DNA of 64,000 nucleotides from Candidatus Fervidifonticultor sextus (lineage in GTDB: Bacteria; Sysuimicrobiota; Sysuimicrobiia; Sysuimicrobiales; Humicultoraceae), in NCBI GenBank assembly GCA_031459875.1, contig JAVKHQ010000009.1:1-64000 (forward strand). The letters are read 5' to 3'. Made by a program: the position numbers and the translations under genes. The notes under the pieces were generated by a model. The model saw only the letters and a program-made list of their open reading frames with translations, was not told the origin of the DNA and made no database searches. Shown here in pieces: positions 17,692 through 29,488 of the stretch (within the stretch, counting starts at the first letter, position 1; each line of letters starts with the position of its first letter).

Positions 17692-18624
17692 CTAACCGTA
17701 GTGGATGCGCGGATCGACATAGGCGTAGAGGAGGTCGACGGCCAGGTTGACCAGGGTGAACAGCGCCGCAAAGACCAGCACGACCCCCTGGACCACGGCG
17801 TAGTCGCGGGCGGTGATGGCGCCGACCAGCAGCCGGCCCATGCCGGGCCAGGCGAAGACCGTTTCGGTGAGAATGGCGCCGCCCAGCAACGTGCCGAACT
17901 GCAGCCCGATGACGGTGATGACTGGGATCAGGGCGTTCTTCAGCGCGTGGCGCACGATCACGACGCGCTGGCGCAGGCCCTTGGCGTGGGCGGTGCGCAC
18001 GTAGTCCTGGTTGAGCGCCTCCAGCAGGCTGCTGCGGGTCATGCGGGCGATGATGGCCACGGAGAAGGCGGCCAGCGCGACCGCGGGGAGGACCAGGTGC
18101 GCGAAGGTGCCGTAGCCGCCGGCCGGCAGCCACTTCAGGTACACCGAGAAGAGCAGCATGAGCATCAGGCCCAGCCAGAAGACCGGCAGTGAGACCCCGA
18201 ACAACGCCACGGTCATCACCAGGTAGTCGAGGGCGGAGTACTGTCGGGTGGCGGAGATCACCCCCGCCGTCATGCCGCCCAGCGCAGCCACCGTGATGCT
18301 GGCGACCGCCAGCTGCACGGTGGCCGGCAGGCGGTGGGTGATCTCGCCAAGGACAGGCTCGCGGGTCACGGCCGAGCGGCCCAGGTCGCCGCGGACCAGC
18401 CGGCCGAAGAACCGTGCGTACTGGACGTACAGCGGCCTGTCCAGTCCCAGTTCGATGCGCAGCCGCTGGACCTCGTCCTCGGAGGCCTGCAGCCCCAGGA
18501 TGAGGCGGGCCGGATCGCCCGGGATGAGCCGGATGAGGGCGAACACGATGATCGTCACGCCGACGAGCGTCGGCACGGCGAGGCCCAGGCGTCGCAGGAG
18601 GTAGGTACCCAGCGAGGAGGACAT
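17692..18624 (-). CDS. Peptide/nickel ABC transporter permease (DppB/OppB)
   Basis: LIPGDPA, GDLGRS, DYVRTAHAKGL, ETVFAWPGMG and DPRI motifs. Confidence 0.93.
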   Translation of the reverse strand: MSSSLGTYLLRRLGLAVPTLVGVTIIVFALIRLIPGDPARLILGLQASEDEVQRLRIELGLDRPLYVQYARFFGRLVRGDLGRSAVTREPVLGEITHRLPATVQLAVASITVAALGGMTAGVISATRQYSALDYLVMTVALFGVSLPVFWLGLMLMLLFSVYLKWLPAGGYGTFAHLVLPAVALAAFSVAIIARMTRSSLLEALNQDYVRTAHAKGLRQRVVIVRHALKNALIPVITVIGLQFGTLLGGAILTETVFAWPGMGRLLVGAITARDYAVVQGVVLVFAALFTLVNLAVDLLYAYVDPRIHYG

Positions 18625-18688
18625 CAGGAGGCCGCAGGCCAGGCCCCGGAGCGGGCGACCGCGCGCGGCCGCCCGCTCCGGGCGGCGC

Positions 18689-20287
18689 TCACTTCCAGGT
18701 CACGCAATGGTGTCCGACCGCAGGCGCCTCCGGCTCGCACAGGGCCGTCCACTTCTCGATGGGGTGGATGCGGACGCCCTCCAGGTTCCTGGCGGTGACG
18801 ACGTACCACTTCTGGCTCCACAGCCAGATCCAGGGCGCGTCATTCCAGATGATCTGCTGGGCCTCCTTCAGCAGGGCCTTGCGCTTCTCGACATTGGGCT
18901 CCTGCCGCTCCTGGTCCAGCAACTGGTCCACCCTGGGGTTGTGGTAGTAGGCCGGCCCCAGGCCCCTGGGGGGGTGGTTGGAGGAGTGGAACTGGCCGTA
19001 GAGGACGCCGTCGCAGTCCAGCACCGGCCAGGCCCATCCCAGGACGATCATCTGGACCCTGGTGCGCTCCAGCGGGGTCTGGATCATCGCCACGTACGAC
19101 GGCCAGTCCATGGTCCCGACGTTGGCCCGAACGTTGACGTTGCGCAGCTGCGCCGCGACGGCCTGGGCGAACTGGAAGTCCTGGATGTACCGGCCGGTCG
19201 GCGAGAAGAAGTTCACCTCGAACCCGTCCTTGTAGCCGGCCTCGGCCAGCAGTTGCTTGGCCCTGACCGGGTTGAAGGGCCACCCCCCTTCCTGCACCGG
19301 GGAGTACCCGAACATCATGGACGGGCAGGGGGAATGCACCACCGTCCCCAGATCGAACAGCACGCTGGCCAGAATGGCCTTCTTGTTGACGGCGTAGTTG
19401 AGCGCCTGGCGGACCCGCACGTCCCGCAACGGCCCCCACTGGGTGTTCAGGACGATGAAGATGACCCGGTCGCTGGGTGCCTCCACCACCGTGACCCGGG
19501 GGTTGCGCCGCAGGCCCTTGACGTCCGGGGCCGGAGGCAGCATGGCCTGGTGGACGTCGCCCGCCAGGACCTGCGTGAGGCGCGTGCCGGCATCGGGGAC
19601 CACCCGGAAGAGGAGTTCCTCAAACGGGCCTTTCTTGCCCCAGTAGGCGGGGTTGCGTTCCAGCAGGATGGCGTCGCCCCGCCGCCACTCCTTGAACACA
19701 TACGGCCCGGTTCCGCCGCCCACCGGCGCCGCCCGCCACCGGTCGCCGGCCCGCTCGACCGCCGCCGGCGAGACGATGGCGAACTGGGTGGTGGTGAGGT
19801 CGGCCAGGAACGTGGGGGTGACCTTGCTGAGCGTGATCCGGACCGTATCGTCCCCGACGGCCTCCACGCTCTTGATGGGGGTCACCAGGAACCGCAGCGC
19901 CACCGCGATCCGCGGGTCCTGGAGCCGCTCCAGGGTGAACTTCACAGCGTGCGCGTTGAAGGGGGTCCCGTCGTGAAAGGTGACCCCCCGGCGCAGCGTG
20001 AAGGTATAGGTCAGGCCATCGCGCGAGACCTGCCAGCGCGTGGCCAGCCGCGGCACAATCTCGTTTTTCACCGGATGCAGGTCCACCAGCGTCTCGAACA
20101 TGTAGTCGACGATGTTGGCGATGGTGGTGGTGGTCTGCTCGGCCGGATCGAGCCGGTCGGCATCGATGCCGATGGCGATGCGTAACTGCCTGGGCACCGC
20201 CTGCGCGCCGGCCGGCCCGCCCTGCCAGGAAAACACCACGGCGGCCAGCGCTGCGACGCTCAAAAGTCGCTTGAAAGTACTGCCCAC
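18689..20287 (-). CDS. Peptide/glutathione ABC transporter substrate-binding protein (family 5)
   Basis: Signal peptide; LDP, PRLATRW, YTFTLRRGVTFHDGTPF, GTGPY and DVRVRQALNYA motifs. Confidence 0.92.
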   Translation of the reverse strand: MGSTFKRLLSVAALAAVVFSWQGGPAGAQAVPRQLRIAIGIDADRLDPAEQTTTTIANIVDYMFETLVDLHPVKNEIVPRLATRWQVSRDGLTYTFTLRRGVTFHDGTPFNAHAVKFTLERLQDPRIAVALRFLVTPIKSVEAVGDDTVRITLSKVTPTFLADLTTTQFAIVSPAAVERAGDRWRAAPVGGGTGPYVFKEWRRGDAILLERNPAYWGKKGPFEELLFRVVPDAGTRLTQVLAGDVHQAMLPPAPDVKGLRRNPRVTVVEAPSDRVIFIVLNTQWGPLRDVRVRQALNYAVNKKAILASVLFDLGTVVHSPCPSMMFGYSPVQEGGWPFNPVRAKQLLAEAGYKDGFEVNFFSPTGRYIQDFQFAQAVAAQLRNVNVRANVGTMDWPSYVAMIQTPLERTRVQMIVLGWAWPVLDCDGVLYGQFHSSNHPPRGLGPAYYHNPRVDQLLDQERQEPNVEKRKALLKEAQQIIWNDAPWIWLWSQKWYVVTARNLEGVRIHPIEKWTALCEPEAPAVGHHCVTWK

Positions 20288-20420
20288 TGCCCTCCCCCCC
20301 CCTTCCATCTCCTTCCCACCCATTCCCACCCATGGCGGTTGCGGGAACACTACGGCGTCATGCCCCGGTTCCCTGCCGGGGATGGCAGGGACGGCGGGGG
20401 GCGCCCGCGAACGACCGGAT

Positions 20421-20807
20421 ATGGCGCGGACCCTCGTCGCCGCTGCGCTGGCCGTCCTGTTGCCGGTCCTCGCGGTTAGGGCCGACGATACCGCCGGTCT
20501 CGCCCGGAACCTGGCGGAGAACATCCTGGGCAAGGGGCTGGTGAGGTCCAGCCGCCTCATCGAGGGCGGGCGGACGGTGGACATGGTGTGGGAGTCGGCC
20601 ACCTACAGGTCGTCCAACTCCACGGCGTTCACCCGCGAACTGCTCCAGGTGGAGGCGCAGTTCGCCTCGGAGGCGATCTTCCGCGTGCTGCACGATGTGC
20701 GGGCCCTCCAGTTTCAGATCGTCCTGGGCAAGCGCTCCCTGTGCTCCGGCCGGGCCAGCCGCGACAGGCCGATCCAGATCACCTACACCAGAGACCTGGG
20801 AGGATAG
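20421..20807 (+). CDS. Hypothetical secreted protein
   Basis: Signal peptide MARTLVAAALAVLLPVLAVRA; coding-like codon usage. Confidence 0.6.
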   Translation: MARTLVAAALAVLLPVLAVRADDTAGLARNLAENILGKGLVRSSRLIEGGRTVDMVWESATYRSSNSTAFTRELLQVEAQFASEAIFRVLHDVRALQFQIVLGKRSLCSGRASRDRPIQITYTRDLGG

Positions 20808-20894
20808 CGGACCGATCCCCCGTCGTCCGTGCACACAACGCGGAGGGCGGCCCGTCGTGGCCGCCCTCCGGTCCCTCATCCCCCGTCGGTCAAC

Positions 20895-21329
20895 CTAGGG
20901 CGATCCGGCCGGCTGGACGAAGAGCATGCCGGTCTGCCCGTTGATCGCGTGGTTGAACAGGGCGCAGATGAAGGCGTACGAGCCCCGCCCCTGGGCGACG
21001 AACTCGAATTCAGCCTGCTTTCCGGCTTCGACGGTGACGAACTTCCTGCCCTCATTGATCCCCTGCTGAGCGTCGCCCCTGACGGTCAGCGGAATGTTGA
21101 GCAGGTAGGCCGAGGCGACCTGGTGCGGACGCCCGAACGGGTCGATGTTCCTGAGCCTGATCACCACGGTGTCGCCTTCGTTGAAGCGCAGTTGATTCGG
21201 CTCGAACTTGAACGAGGTCATCGCGACCTCGAAGACCTTCCGCGTGGACGTCTGGGCTGGTGCGGACGTGGAGAGTCCGAGGAGGATCCCCGCCATCAGG
21301 AGTGCTGCCCACAGGTGCCGGGCTCTCAT
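20895..21329 (-). CDS. Secreted cupredoxin-domain (blue copper) protein
   Basis: Signal peptide; FKFEPNQL, GDTV, PHQ and YAFICALFNHAINGQTG (His...Cys-x4-His-x4-Gln). Confidence 0.8.
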   Translation of the reverse strand: MRARHLWAALLMAGILLGLSTSAPAQTSTRKVFEVAMTSFKFEPNQLRFNEGDTVVIRLRNIDPFGRPHQVASAYLLNIPLTVRGDAQQGINEGRKFVTVEAGKQAEFEFVAQGRGSYAFICALFNHAINGQTGMLFVQPAGSP

Positions 21330-21469
21330 ATTATCTGTCCCTCCTCTGCAGGGGTCGTGGCGAATCCGACGCCCCGTGATGCTCTCTCGGTACCAGGGGA
21401 ATGTAAAGACTGTGTCACCGAGGATTCGAGGGACGTCCCTGGCGCAGAGGATGGCCCGGGCGATTGTCC

Positions 21470-22408
21470 CTACGGCGCCACGATTCGATTCCGCAGGACC
21501 CCGATCCTTTCGATCTCGGCCTCGACCACATCCCCCGGTACGAGCCAGGGAGGCGGCGTCCGCCCCATCGCGACGCCCTCGGGGGTCCCCGTCGCCAGGA
21601 TGTCGCCGGGTTCGAGGGTCATGCCAGCCGACAGGGTCGCGATCAACTGGGCGACGGGGAAGATCATGGCCCGCGTTGAAGCGTCCTGGCGGACCCCGCC
21701 GTTTACGCGCAGCCGCAGCCGCAGGTCCTGGGGATCGGGGATGGCCGACCGGTGGACGATCGCCGGTCCCATCGGGCCGAAGGTGTCCAGCGACTTGCCC
21801 TTGAACCACTGCTCGTGCCGGCGCTGCAGGTCGCGGGCGGTGACGTCGTTCATGACGGTGTACCCGAAGACGTAGTCCAGCGCCCGGTCGGCCGGGATGT
21901 CCCGGCCCCGCCGCCCGATGACCACCGCCAGTTCCACCTCGTAGTCCAGGGCCTGGGTGACCGCATGGTGCACCACGGCCGCCTCAGGGCCGATCACGCA
22001 GGTGGGCGGTTTGGTGAAGAACACCGGCACCGTCGGCACCGCGCTGCCGCTTTCCCTCGCGTGTTCCGCATAGTTGCGGCCGACGCAGACGATGTTCTTC
22101 CGGGGCCGGGGGATCGGCGCCAGCAGCCGGACCTTCGAGAGGGGGATGATGAGATCCCGCGCGCGGCCGTCGCGCAGCAGGCGGCGGCCGTAAGCGAGCG
22201 CCAAGCGCGCCTGCGACAGGGCGCCGCGCTCGATGAACGACAGCATGTCGTCAGGCATCTCTCCCGACACCCGCCCGCGGCGGGGGGCCGTCCCCCGGGC
22301 CCGCTCCTTGGCCGCCAGCCGGGCCAGGGGCGCCAGGAGGAAGATATGTCCGTCCTCCAGCACGCCCAGGCGCTGGCGGCCGCCGGCGTCGACGGTGACA
22401 AACCGCAT
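21470..22408 (-). CDS. Fumarylacetoacetate hydrolase family protein
   Basis: CVGRNY.EH, DYEVEL, NDVTARD, GKSLDTF and GDILATGTPEGV motifs. Confidence 0.93.
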   Translation of the reverse strand: MRFVTVDAGGRQRLGVLEDGHIFLLAPLARLAAKERARGTAPRRGRVSGEMPDDMLSFIERGALSQARLALAYGRRLLRDGRARDLIIPLSKVRLLAPIPRPRKNIVCVGRNYAEHARESGSAVPTVPVFFTKPPTCVIGPEAAVVHHAVTQALDYEVELAVVIGRRGRDIPADRALDYVFGYTVMNDVTARDLQRRHEQWFKGKSLDTFGPMGPAIVHRSAIPDPQDLRLRLRVNGGVRQDASTRAMIFPVAQLIATLSAGMTLEPGDILATGTPEGVAMGRTPPPWLVPGDVVEAEIERIGVLRNRIVAP

Positions 22409-22713
22409 GACGGCACCTCCGACAGTGTGGATCTCGTAGACACGGTTCACGGTCTACCCGCGGTCTCCTGTCGTCGCCTGACGGTTGGCACCCGCGGCTC
22501 CCCGAATGAGATCCCCAGCTATCCTCCGCACATGCGCGAGGCGTGGATCTCGTATGAGGCGGGCGCGCGAGGCGTGTGGTGGTATGAGGCGTATGGTTTG
22601 CAGGCCTCCTTCCTAGTCCAGCGTCCCAGAGGGCATCAGGCCTGACGCTCGGGTGGAGGTCATACGTGGACAGTGGGCCCGGCGCCGGGCTCCTCGCGGC
22701 AGGCGCCTACCCC

Positions 22714-24243
22714 TTAAGGCCCGGCTGTGGTCGGGACCTCCTCGGGACGGGCGGCCACCGCGCTGAAGAACCGGGCCTGGAGGTCGGCGGCCGAGGGCGG
22801 CTCGTCGCCAAAGCGGATGTGGGCTACCAGCGCCGGGTGTACCGCCCGCACCGCCTCGTAGAGCAGCAGCGCGATGCGCCGGTAGGAGAAGTGGCCGCTC
22901 TCACGCGCCCGCAGGGGCACCACGCTGTAGAGCTCCCGGAGGTTCATGGTGGCCAGGAAGCGGCGGTTGTGGGCGTTGGTGACCAGGTAGGCGGCCTCGC
23001 GGGGGAAGTCGCGGGCGATGGTGTGGTAGGCGGCGGTGGCCCGCTCGATGGCGTCCCGGTAGCGGGAGCCGAGGCCGGCCTCGTCGACGGCGCGCGGGAC
23101 GGCGTAGCCCAGGTCCACCGTGGGCGCCTGCGGGCTCTGGGTCATCATCCGGTGGCGCTTGAGGTCGAAGTAGGCCCCCTGGTCGCAGACGATGTCGAAG
23201 GTGTAGGCGATGTGCTCCAACTCCCGGATCGGGCTGTCGTGGCGCTGCAGGCGGGCCAGGGCCTGCTGGATGATCCCCAGCCGATCGGACGGGCTCATCG
23301 TCTGCGCCCGCGCCCACGCCTGGGCATACGGGGCGCGGCCGTGCCGGTAGAGGCAGGCGGCCACCAAGCGGAGCTCGGCGTCGCGGTCGTAGTGGACCAG
23401 GTGGACGCCGGCGCTCCCGTCCCCGCCGGGGTCGGAGCCCGACGGCCAGGACCCATCCGGGGCCGCCATCGCGTCCCGGGCGGCCGCTTCCAGGGCCCCG
23501 GTGGTTTCGATAAGATACCGGTTGGGCCCGGCGTACTTGAGCAGGGTCGGGACCTCGGCCTGGGCGACGCGCCGGATCTCCGCACCGATGGCACGGACCT
23601 CCTCCAGAGGCGCCGACAGCATCTTGGTGATGGTGTGCTCGAGGGCCCGGGCGTTGGCCGTCATCCCCACGTTGGCCACCGTCGCGCACGGCAGCAGGAA
23701 CCGGCAGACGTCCACGTACCTGGATCGGATCCGGGCATGGAAGGCCCGGTCGGTTTCGTCGTCCCGCCGCGGATACCAGGCCTCGATGACCCGGCGCACG
23801 GGTTCGAGGCTCGCCTGGTAGGTCTCGAAGAGATCCCGGCAGGTGGCCACGTAGCGGTCGGCGTGGGCCGACGCCGCGATCGCAGGCGGGACGTAGAACG
23901 TGTCGAAGATCTGGTAGCGCGTGGACTTCTCTGTGTACGAGCAGAGCCGGTTCGACTCCAGGCACTCGATCGCCAGCCGCGAGAGGTTCTCCAGGGCCAG
24001 GTGCAGCACGGCGTGCTCGGCGACCGAGGCATGGCCGTAGCCGACCACCCATTTCTCATGGAATTCGCTGGAGGAGGCCTCGGTGAGTTCGGCGGCGATC
24101 TCGCGGAAGGGCTTCGGGCTCCGCGAGGTCTTCGCAAACGCCACAGCAATGACCTCAGGAGGAAGGAGCCTGGGGCTGAGGAGGTAGATTTGGCGTTGGC
24201 GCTGCGATGGCGTTCCGTCTGCGGAGGCGAACTGTGGGTACAT
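22714..24243 (-). CDS. thyX: FAD-dependent thymidylate synthase, tandem-domain ThyX
   Basis: GYGHASVAEHA, EKSTRY, RFLLP and NARALEH; second repeat RELEH, DLKRHR and NLREL. Confidence 0.85.
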   Translation of the reverse strand: MYPQFASADGTPSQRQRQIYLLSPRLLPPEVIAVAFAKTSRSPKPFREIAAELTEASSSEFHEKWVVGYGHASVAEHAVLHLALENLSRLAIECLESNRLCSYTEKSTRYQIFDTFYVPPAIAASAHADRYVATCRDLFETYQASLEPVRRVIEAWYPRRDDETDRAFHARIRSRYVDVCRFLLPCATVANVGMTANARALEHTITKMLSAPLEEVRAIGAEIRRVAQAEVPTLLKYAGPNRYLIETTGALEAAARDAMAAPDGSWPSGSDPGGDGSAGVHLVHYDRDAELRLVAACLYRHGRAPYAQAWARAQTMSPSDRLGIIQQALARLQRHDSPIRELEHIAYTFDIVCDQGAYFDLKRHRMMTQSPQAPTVDLGYAVPRAVDEAGLGSRYRDAIERATAAYHTIARDFPREAAYLVTNAHNRRFLATMNLRELYSVVPLRARESGHFSYRRIALLLYEAVRAVHPALVAHIRFGDEPPSAADLQARFFSAVAARPEEVPTTAGP

Positions 24244-24356
24244 GGCCTTCCTCCCGGGGTCAGGGTATGATTCACCGTCCGGGGGGCAAACTCCTGCTTT
24301 TCAGCACAGGATCTTGTGGCCGTGGGGCGATGATCCCCTAAATGTTGTGGCGGCAT

Positions 24357-24929
24357 ATGGCTGAAGATCTCCTGCAGACCCTGAAGAGCCGGCTGGCGGC
24401 AAACCGGGCCCGGGATCTCCCTCCCCACCACCACCGGCGCGCGGCGGTCCTGGTGCCCGTCCTCGAGCCGGACGGGGTCCCACACCTCCTGTTCACCCGG
24501 CGGACGGAGACCGTCGAACACCACAAGGGCCAGATTTCCTTCCCCGGCGGCGGTGAGGAGCCCGGGGACGAGAGCCTGCTGGACACCGCGTTGCGCGAGA
24601 CCTACGAAGAACTCGGGATCCCCCCATCCGCGGTGGAGGTATGGGGCCGCCTGGACGAGGCCGAGGCTGTAGTCTCGGGGTTCGCCATCACGCCGTACGT
24701 CGGGTGGATTCCCTGGCCGATCGACCTGCGGCCGAACCCCAACGAGATCGCCGAGGTGGTCGCGGTGCCGCTGGCAGTCTTCCTGGACCCCGCCAACCTG
24801 CGCACGGAGCAGGTGGAGCGCGACGGCCGCCGGCGCGAACTCCTCTTCTACGACTACCCGCCGCATGTCATCTGGGGCGTGACGGCCCGCATCGTGAGGA
24901 GCCTGACCGAACTGCTGGCGGAGCCCTAG
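24357..24929 (+). CDS. Nudix CoA pyrophosphatase
   Basis: AAVLVP, LLFTRR...HKGQISFPGG, ALRETYEELG and IWGVTA motifs. Confidence 0.9.
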   Translation: MAEDLLQTLKSRLAANRARDLPPHHHRRAAVLVPVLEPDGVPHLLFTRRTETVEHHKGQISFPGGGEEPGDESLLDTALRETYEELGIPPSAVEVWGRLDEAEAVVSGFAITPYVGWIPWPIDLRPNPNEIAEVVAVPLAVFLDPANLRTEQVERDGRRRELLFYDYPPHVIWGVTARIVRSLTELLAEP

Positions 24930-24954
24930 AGGCGCCGACTTCCGGGATCCCCGC

Positions 24955-26166
24955 CTACGGGGCGAACACGTAGACGGCGCCGCCGTGGTGGACGACGTTG
25001 AGTTCGCCGTCCTGGTCCTCTCCGAACGAGCTGATGTTGAGCCCCGAATGCAACAGCAGCGCCATGACCCACCGCCCCGGCGACGTCTCGGTGAGGGTCC
25101 AGATCCGTCCGCTGCAGTAGTCCCCGAAGATGTACTTCCCCGCGAGTTCGGGTACCGCGGAACCCCGATAGACGTACCCACCGGTCACCGAGCAGCCCTG
25201 GGTGTGGTCGTACTCGGCGATGGGGAGCACAAGGTCCCCGACGCTGCAGGGCGTCCCGGGCGGGTAGCAGTGCGCGCCCTCCATGATATTCCACCCGTAG
25301 TTGTTGCCCTGCTCGATGATATTGATCTCCTCCCAGGTGTTCTGGCCCACGTCGGCCAGGAACAGCCGATGGGTGACGCGGTCGAAGGAGAACCGCCACG
25401 GGTTGCGCAGGCCGTAGGCGTAGATCTCGCGGCGGACGCCGGCGATGCGGATGAACGGATTGTCCCGCGGGATCCCATACGGGGTCCCCCGGTCCACGTC
25501 GATGCGCAGCACCTTACCGAGCAGCACATCCAGCCGCTGCCCGTTGCCCTGGGGATCGCCAGCCCCGCCGCCGTCGCCCAGGCCGATGTAGAGGGTGCCG
25601 TCGGGGCCGAACAGGTTGAGGCCGCCGTTGTGGTTGCGAAACGGCTGAGGGATCTCCAGCAGCACCCGCTCGGCGGGATCGGCCACATCGGGATTGGTGG
25701 GAGAGACCCGGTACTCGGCGATCACCGAGCGCCGGCCGCCGGTCTCCGTCGTGTAGTTCACGAAGAACCGGCCGTTGACCGCGTAGCGGGGGTGAAACGC
25801 CACGCTGAGCAGGCCCATCTCCCCGCAGCAGGTGACCCGGCTGCGGATGTCCAGGTAGGGCGTGGGGAGCAGCGCGCCGTTGCGGAAGATGCGGACCAGC
25901 CCGGCCTGCTCGACGATGAACAGGCGGCCTGAGCCGTCCCCGGCATGCGTGACGTAGACGGGTTGGCTCAGTCCGCTCACCACCGGCCTCAGGACCGCCT
26001 GGCGGACCGGGCCCGGCCGCCGGGCCGGGGCCGGAGGCCGGGAGGGGGTCAGGACGGATAGCTGCGGTAGCGCCGCAGGCGGCGCGCCGACGTCCGACGA
26101 CGCGTGCGCCACCAGGAGCAGCGCGCAGACCGCGGCCGCGGGCGGGAACCGGATCAGGGGGCGCAA
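24955..26166 (-). CDS. PQQ-dependent sugar (glucose/sorbosone) dehydrogenase family protein
   Basis: GEMGLLSVAFHP, NHNGG, GLGDGG, YGLRNPWRFSFD and SSFGED motifs. Confidence 0.9.
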   Translation of the reverse strand: MRPLIRFPPAAAVCALLLVAHASSDVGAPPAALPQLSVLTPSRPPAPARRPGPVRQAVLRPVVSGLSQPVYVTHAGDGSGRLFIVEQAGLVRIFRNGALLPTPYLDIRSRVTCCGEMGLLSVAFHPRYAVNGRFFVNYTTETGGRRSVIAEYRVSPTNPDVADPAERVLLEIPQPFRNHNGGLNLFGPDGTLYIGLGDGGGAGDPQGNGQRLDVLLGKVLRIDVDRGTPYGIPRDNPFIRIAGVRREIYAYGLRNPWRFSFDRVTHRLFLADVGQNTWEEINIIEQGNNYGWNIMEGAHCYPPGTPCSVGDLVLPIAEYDHTQGCSVTGGYVYRGSAVPELAGKYIFGDYCSGRIWTLTETSPGRWVMALLLHSGLNISSFGEDQDGELNVVHHGGAVYVFAP

Positions 26167-26179
26167 GGCCGCCGGTCCT

Positions 26180-27304
26180 TCATCGGACCGTCACGCGGAT
26201 GACGCGGTCGTCGTCCGGTGCCGGGGTCCCCCGCCGGTCCCGGTTGCTGGTCAGGATGTAGAGGGCCCCATCGGGCCCCTCGGCCACATCGCGCAACCGG
26301 CCGAACTGCCGCTCGAACAGCGCCTCGAAGTGGAGGACGCGGCGGGGGTCGGCGGCATCAACGACGAGGCGGTAGAGCGCCTGACCGCGCAGGCCCGTAA
26401 AGAGCATCGAGCCCGCCCATGGCCCCCTGGTGACGAAGGCCGCGCCCGCCGGGGCCCAGGTGGTGGTCTCGCCGCTGTGGAGGACCGGCGGGACCATCCC
26501 GTCGCGCTGCTGGTCTCCGCTGACGGACGGCCAGCCGTAGTTCTTCCCAGGCTCGATGTAGTTGACCTCGTCGCGGCAGCACCCCTGGGGTCCGCTGGGG
26601 CCGTGCTCGGTGGCGTAGAGCCGGCGCGTCTGCGGCTGCCAGGCCAGCCCCTGGGGATTGCGATGTCCGTACGAGTACACAGGCGAGTTGGGGAACGGGT
26701 TGTCGGCGGGGGCGGTCCCGTCGAGGTTGAGCCGCAGGATCTTGCCATTGAGCGACGAGCGGTCCTGGGCCAGGTCGGGCACCTGCGCGTCGCCCATGGT
26801 CCAGTAGAGCTTGCCGTCCGGCCCCACCTTGACGCGCCCGCCGTCGTGGTTCGGCGCGCCGGCGACGTCGTCGACCAGGACCCGGTCCAGCACACCCCGG
26901 CCGCCAGCCGGATCGTCCCGCAGCCGGACCAGGCGGTTGACCAGCCGGCCGCCAGGCCCCCGGTAGGTGTAGGCCACGTAGACGAAGCGGCTCTGCGCGA
27001 ACTGGGGGTCGAGCGCCAGGCCCAGCAGGCCGGCCTCGCTCACATCTGCAACGTCGATGGTCATCCAGGGTGCGGCCTGCACCTGACCGTCCCTGACGAC
27101 GCGGATCCGGCCCGGCCGCTCGGTGAGGAAGATGCGGCCGTCCGGCGCGAAGTCGATCGCCCAGGGCACCTCCAGCCCGCGGATGATGGTCTCGACGGTG
27201 GGCACGCCCGCCTGGGCCGCCAGGCCGGGCCCCGGAGAGGCAAGCGACGCAACGACCGCGCCGCCGCAGACCAGCAGGACCAATGTCCTCATACCCCACC
27301 TCAT
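26180..27304 (-). CDS. PQQ-dependent aldose sugar dehydrogenase (YliI-like)
   Basis: PWAIDFAPDG, GLLGLALDP, HDGGR, GHRNPQG, EHGP and GRLRDV motifs. Confidence 0.9.
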   Translation of the reverse strand: MRWGMRTLVLLVCGGAVVASLASPGPGLAAQAGVPTVETIIRGLEVPWAIDFAPDGRIFLTERPGRIRVVRDGQVQAAPWMTIDVADVSEAGLLGLALDPQFAQSRFVYVAYTYRGPGGRLVNRLVRLRDDPAGGRGVLDRVLVDDVAGAPNHDGGRVKVGPDGKLYWTMGDAQVPDLAQDRSSLNGKILRLNLDGTAPADNPFPNSPVYSYGHRNPQGLAWQPQTRRLYATEHGPSGPQGCCRDEVNYIEPGKNYGWPSVSGDQQRDGMVPPVLHSGETTTWAPAGAAFVTRGPWAGSMLFTGLRGQALYRLVVDAADPRRVLHFEALFERQFGRLRDVAEGPDGALYILTSNRDRRGTPAPDDDRVIRVTVR

Positions 27305-27414
27305 CTGGAAGACGACATTCTTCTGTATCTTATTAGGTATCTTACCCGCTCCCGGATCGACCGTCAGGCCCCACCAAGCGGCAGACCCGTCCGTGGCGTA
27401 TAATGACAGTCGGT

Positions 27415-28599
<1,185 letters not shown>

Positions 28600-28634
28600 A
28601 GGCGCCTCCGGTTGAACCTTCCTGTTGACTCGCC

Positions 28635-28978
28635 GTGGTCGACTACCTCCCCGTCCTCATTCACTTCGTGCTGGTCGTCGGGCTCACGGTCACCCTGCTG
28701 GGTGCCCATGCCCTGCTGGGTGGGAGCCGGCCCCTGCCGCCGAAGCAGGAACCCTACGAGTCCGGCGTGTGGTCCGTCGGGTCGGCGCGCGAGCGCGTGC
28801 CGATCCGCTATTACCTGATCGCCATGCTCTTCATTCTCTTCGATCTCGAGGTCGTCTTCCTGTTCCCGTGGGCGGTCGTGTTCCGGCAGCTGGGCGCCTA
28901 TGGCCTGGGCGCCATGCTGGTCTTCCTGGGCGTGCTCGGCATCGGCCTGATCTACGCCTGGAAGCGGGGAGCGCTCGA

Positions 28979-28988
<10 letters not shown>
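28635..28988 (+). CDS. nuoA: NADH-quinone oxidoreductase subunit A
   Basis: PYESG, FILFDLE and GALEW motifs. Confidence 0.95.
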
Positions 28989-29471
<483 letters not shown>

Positions 29472-29488
<17 letters not shown>

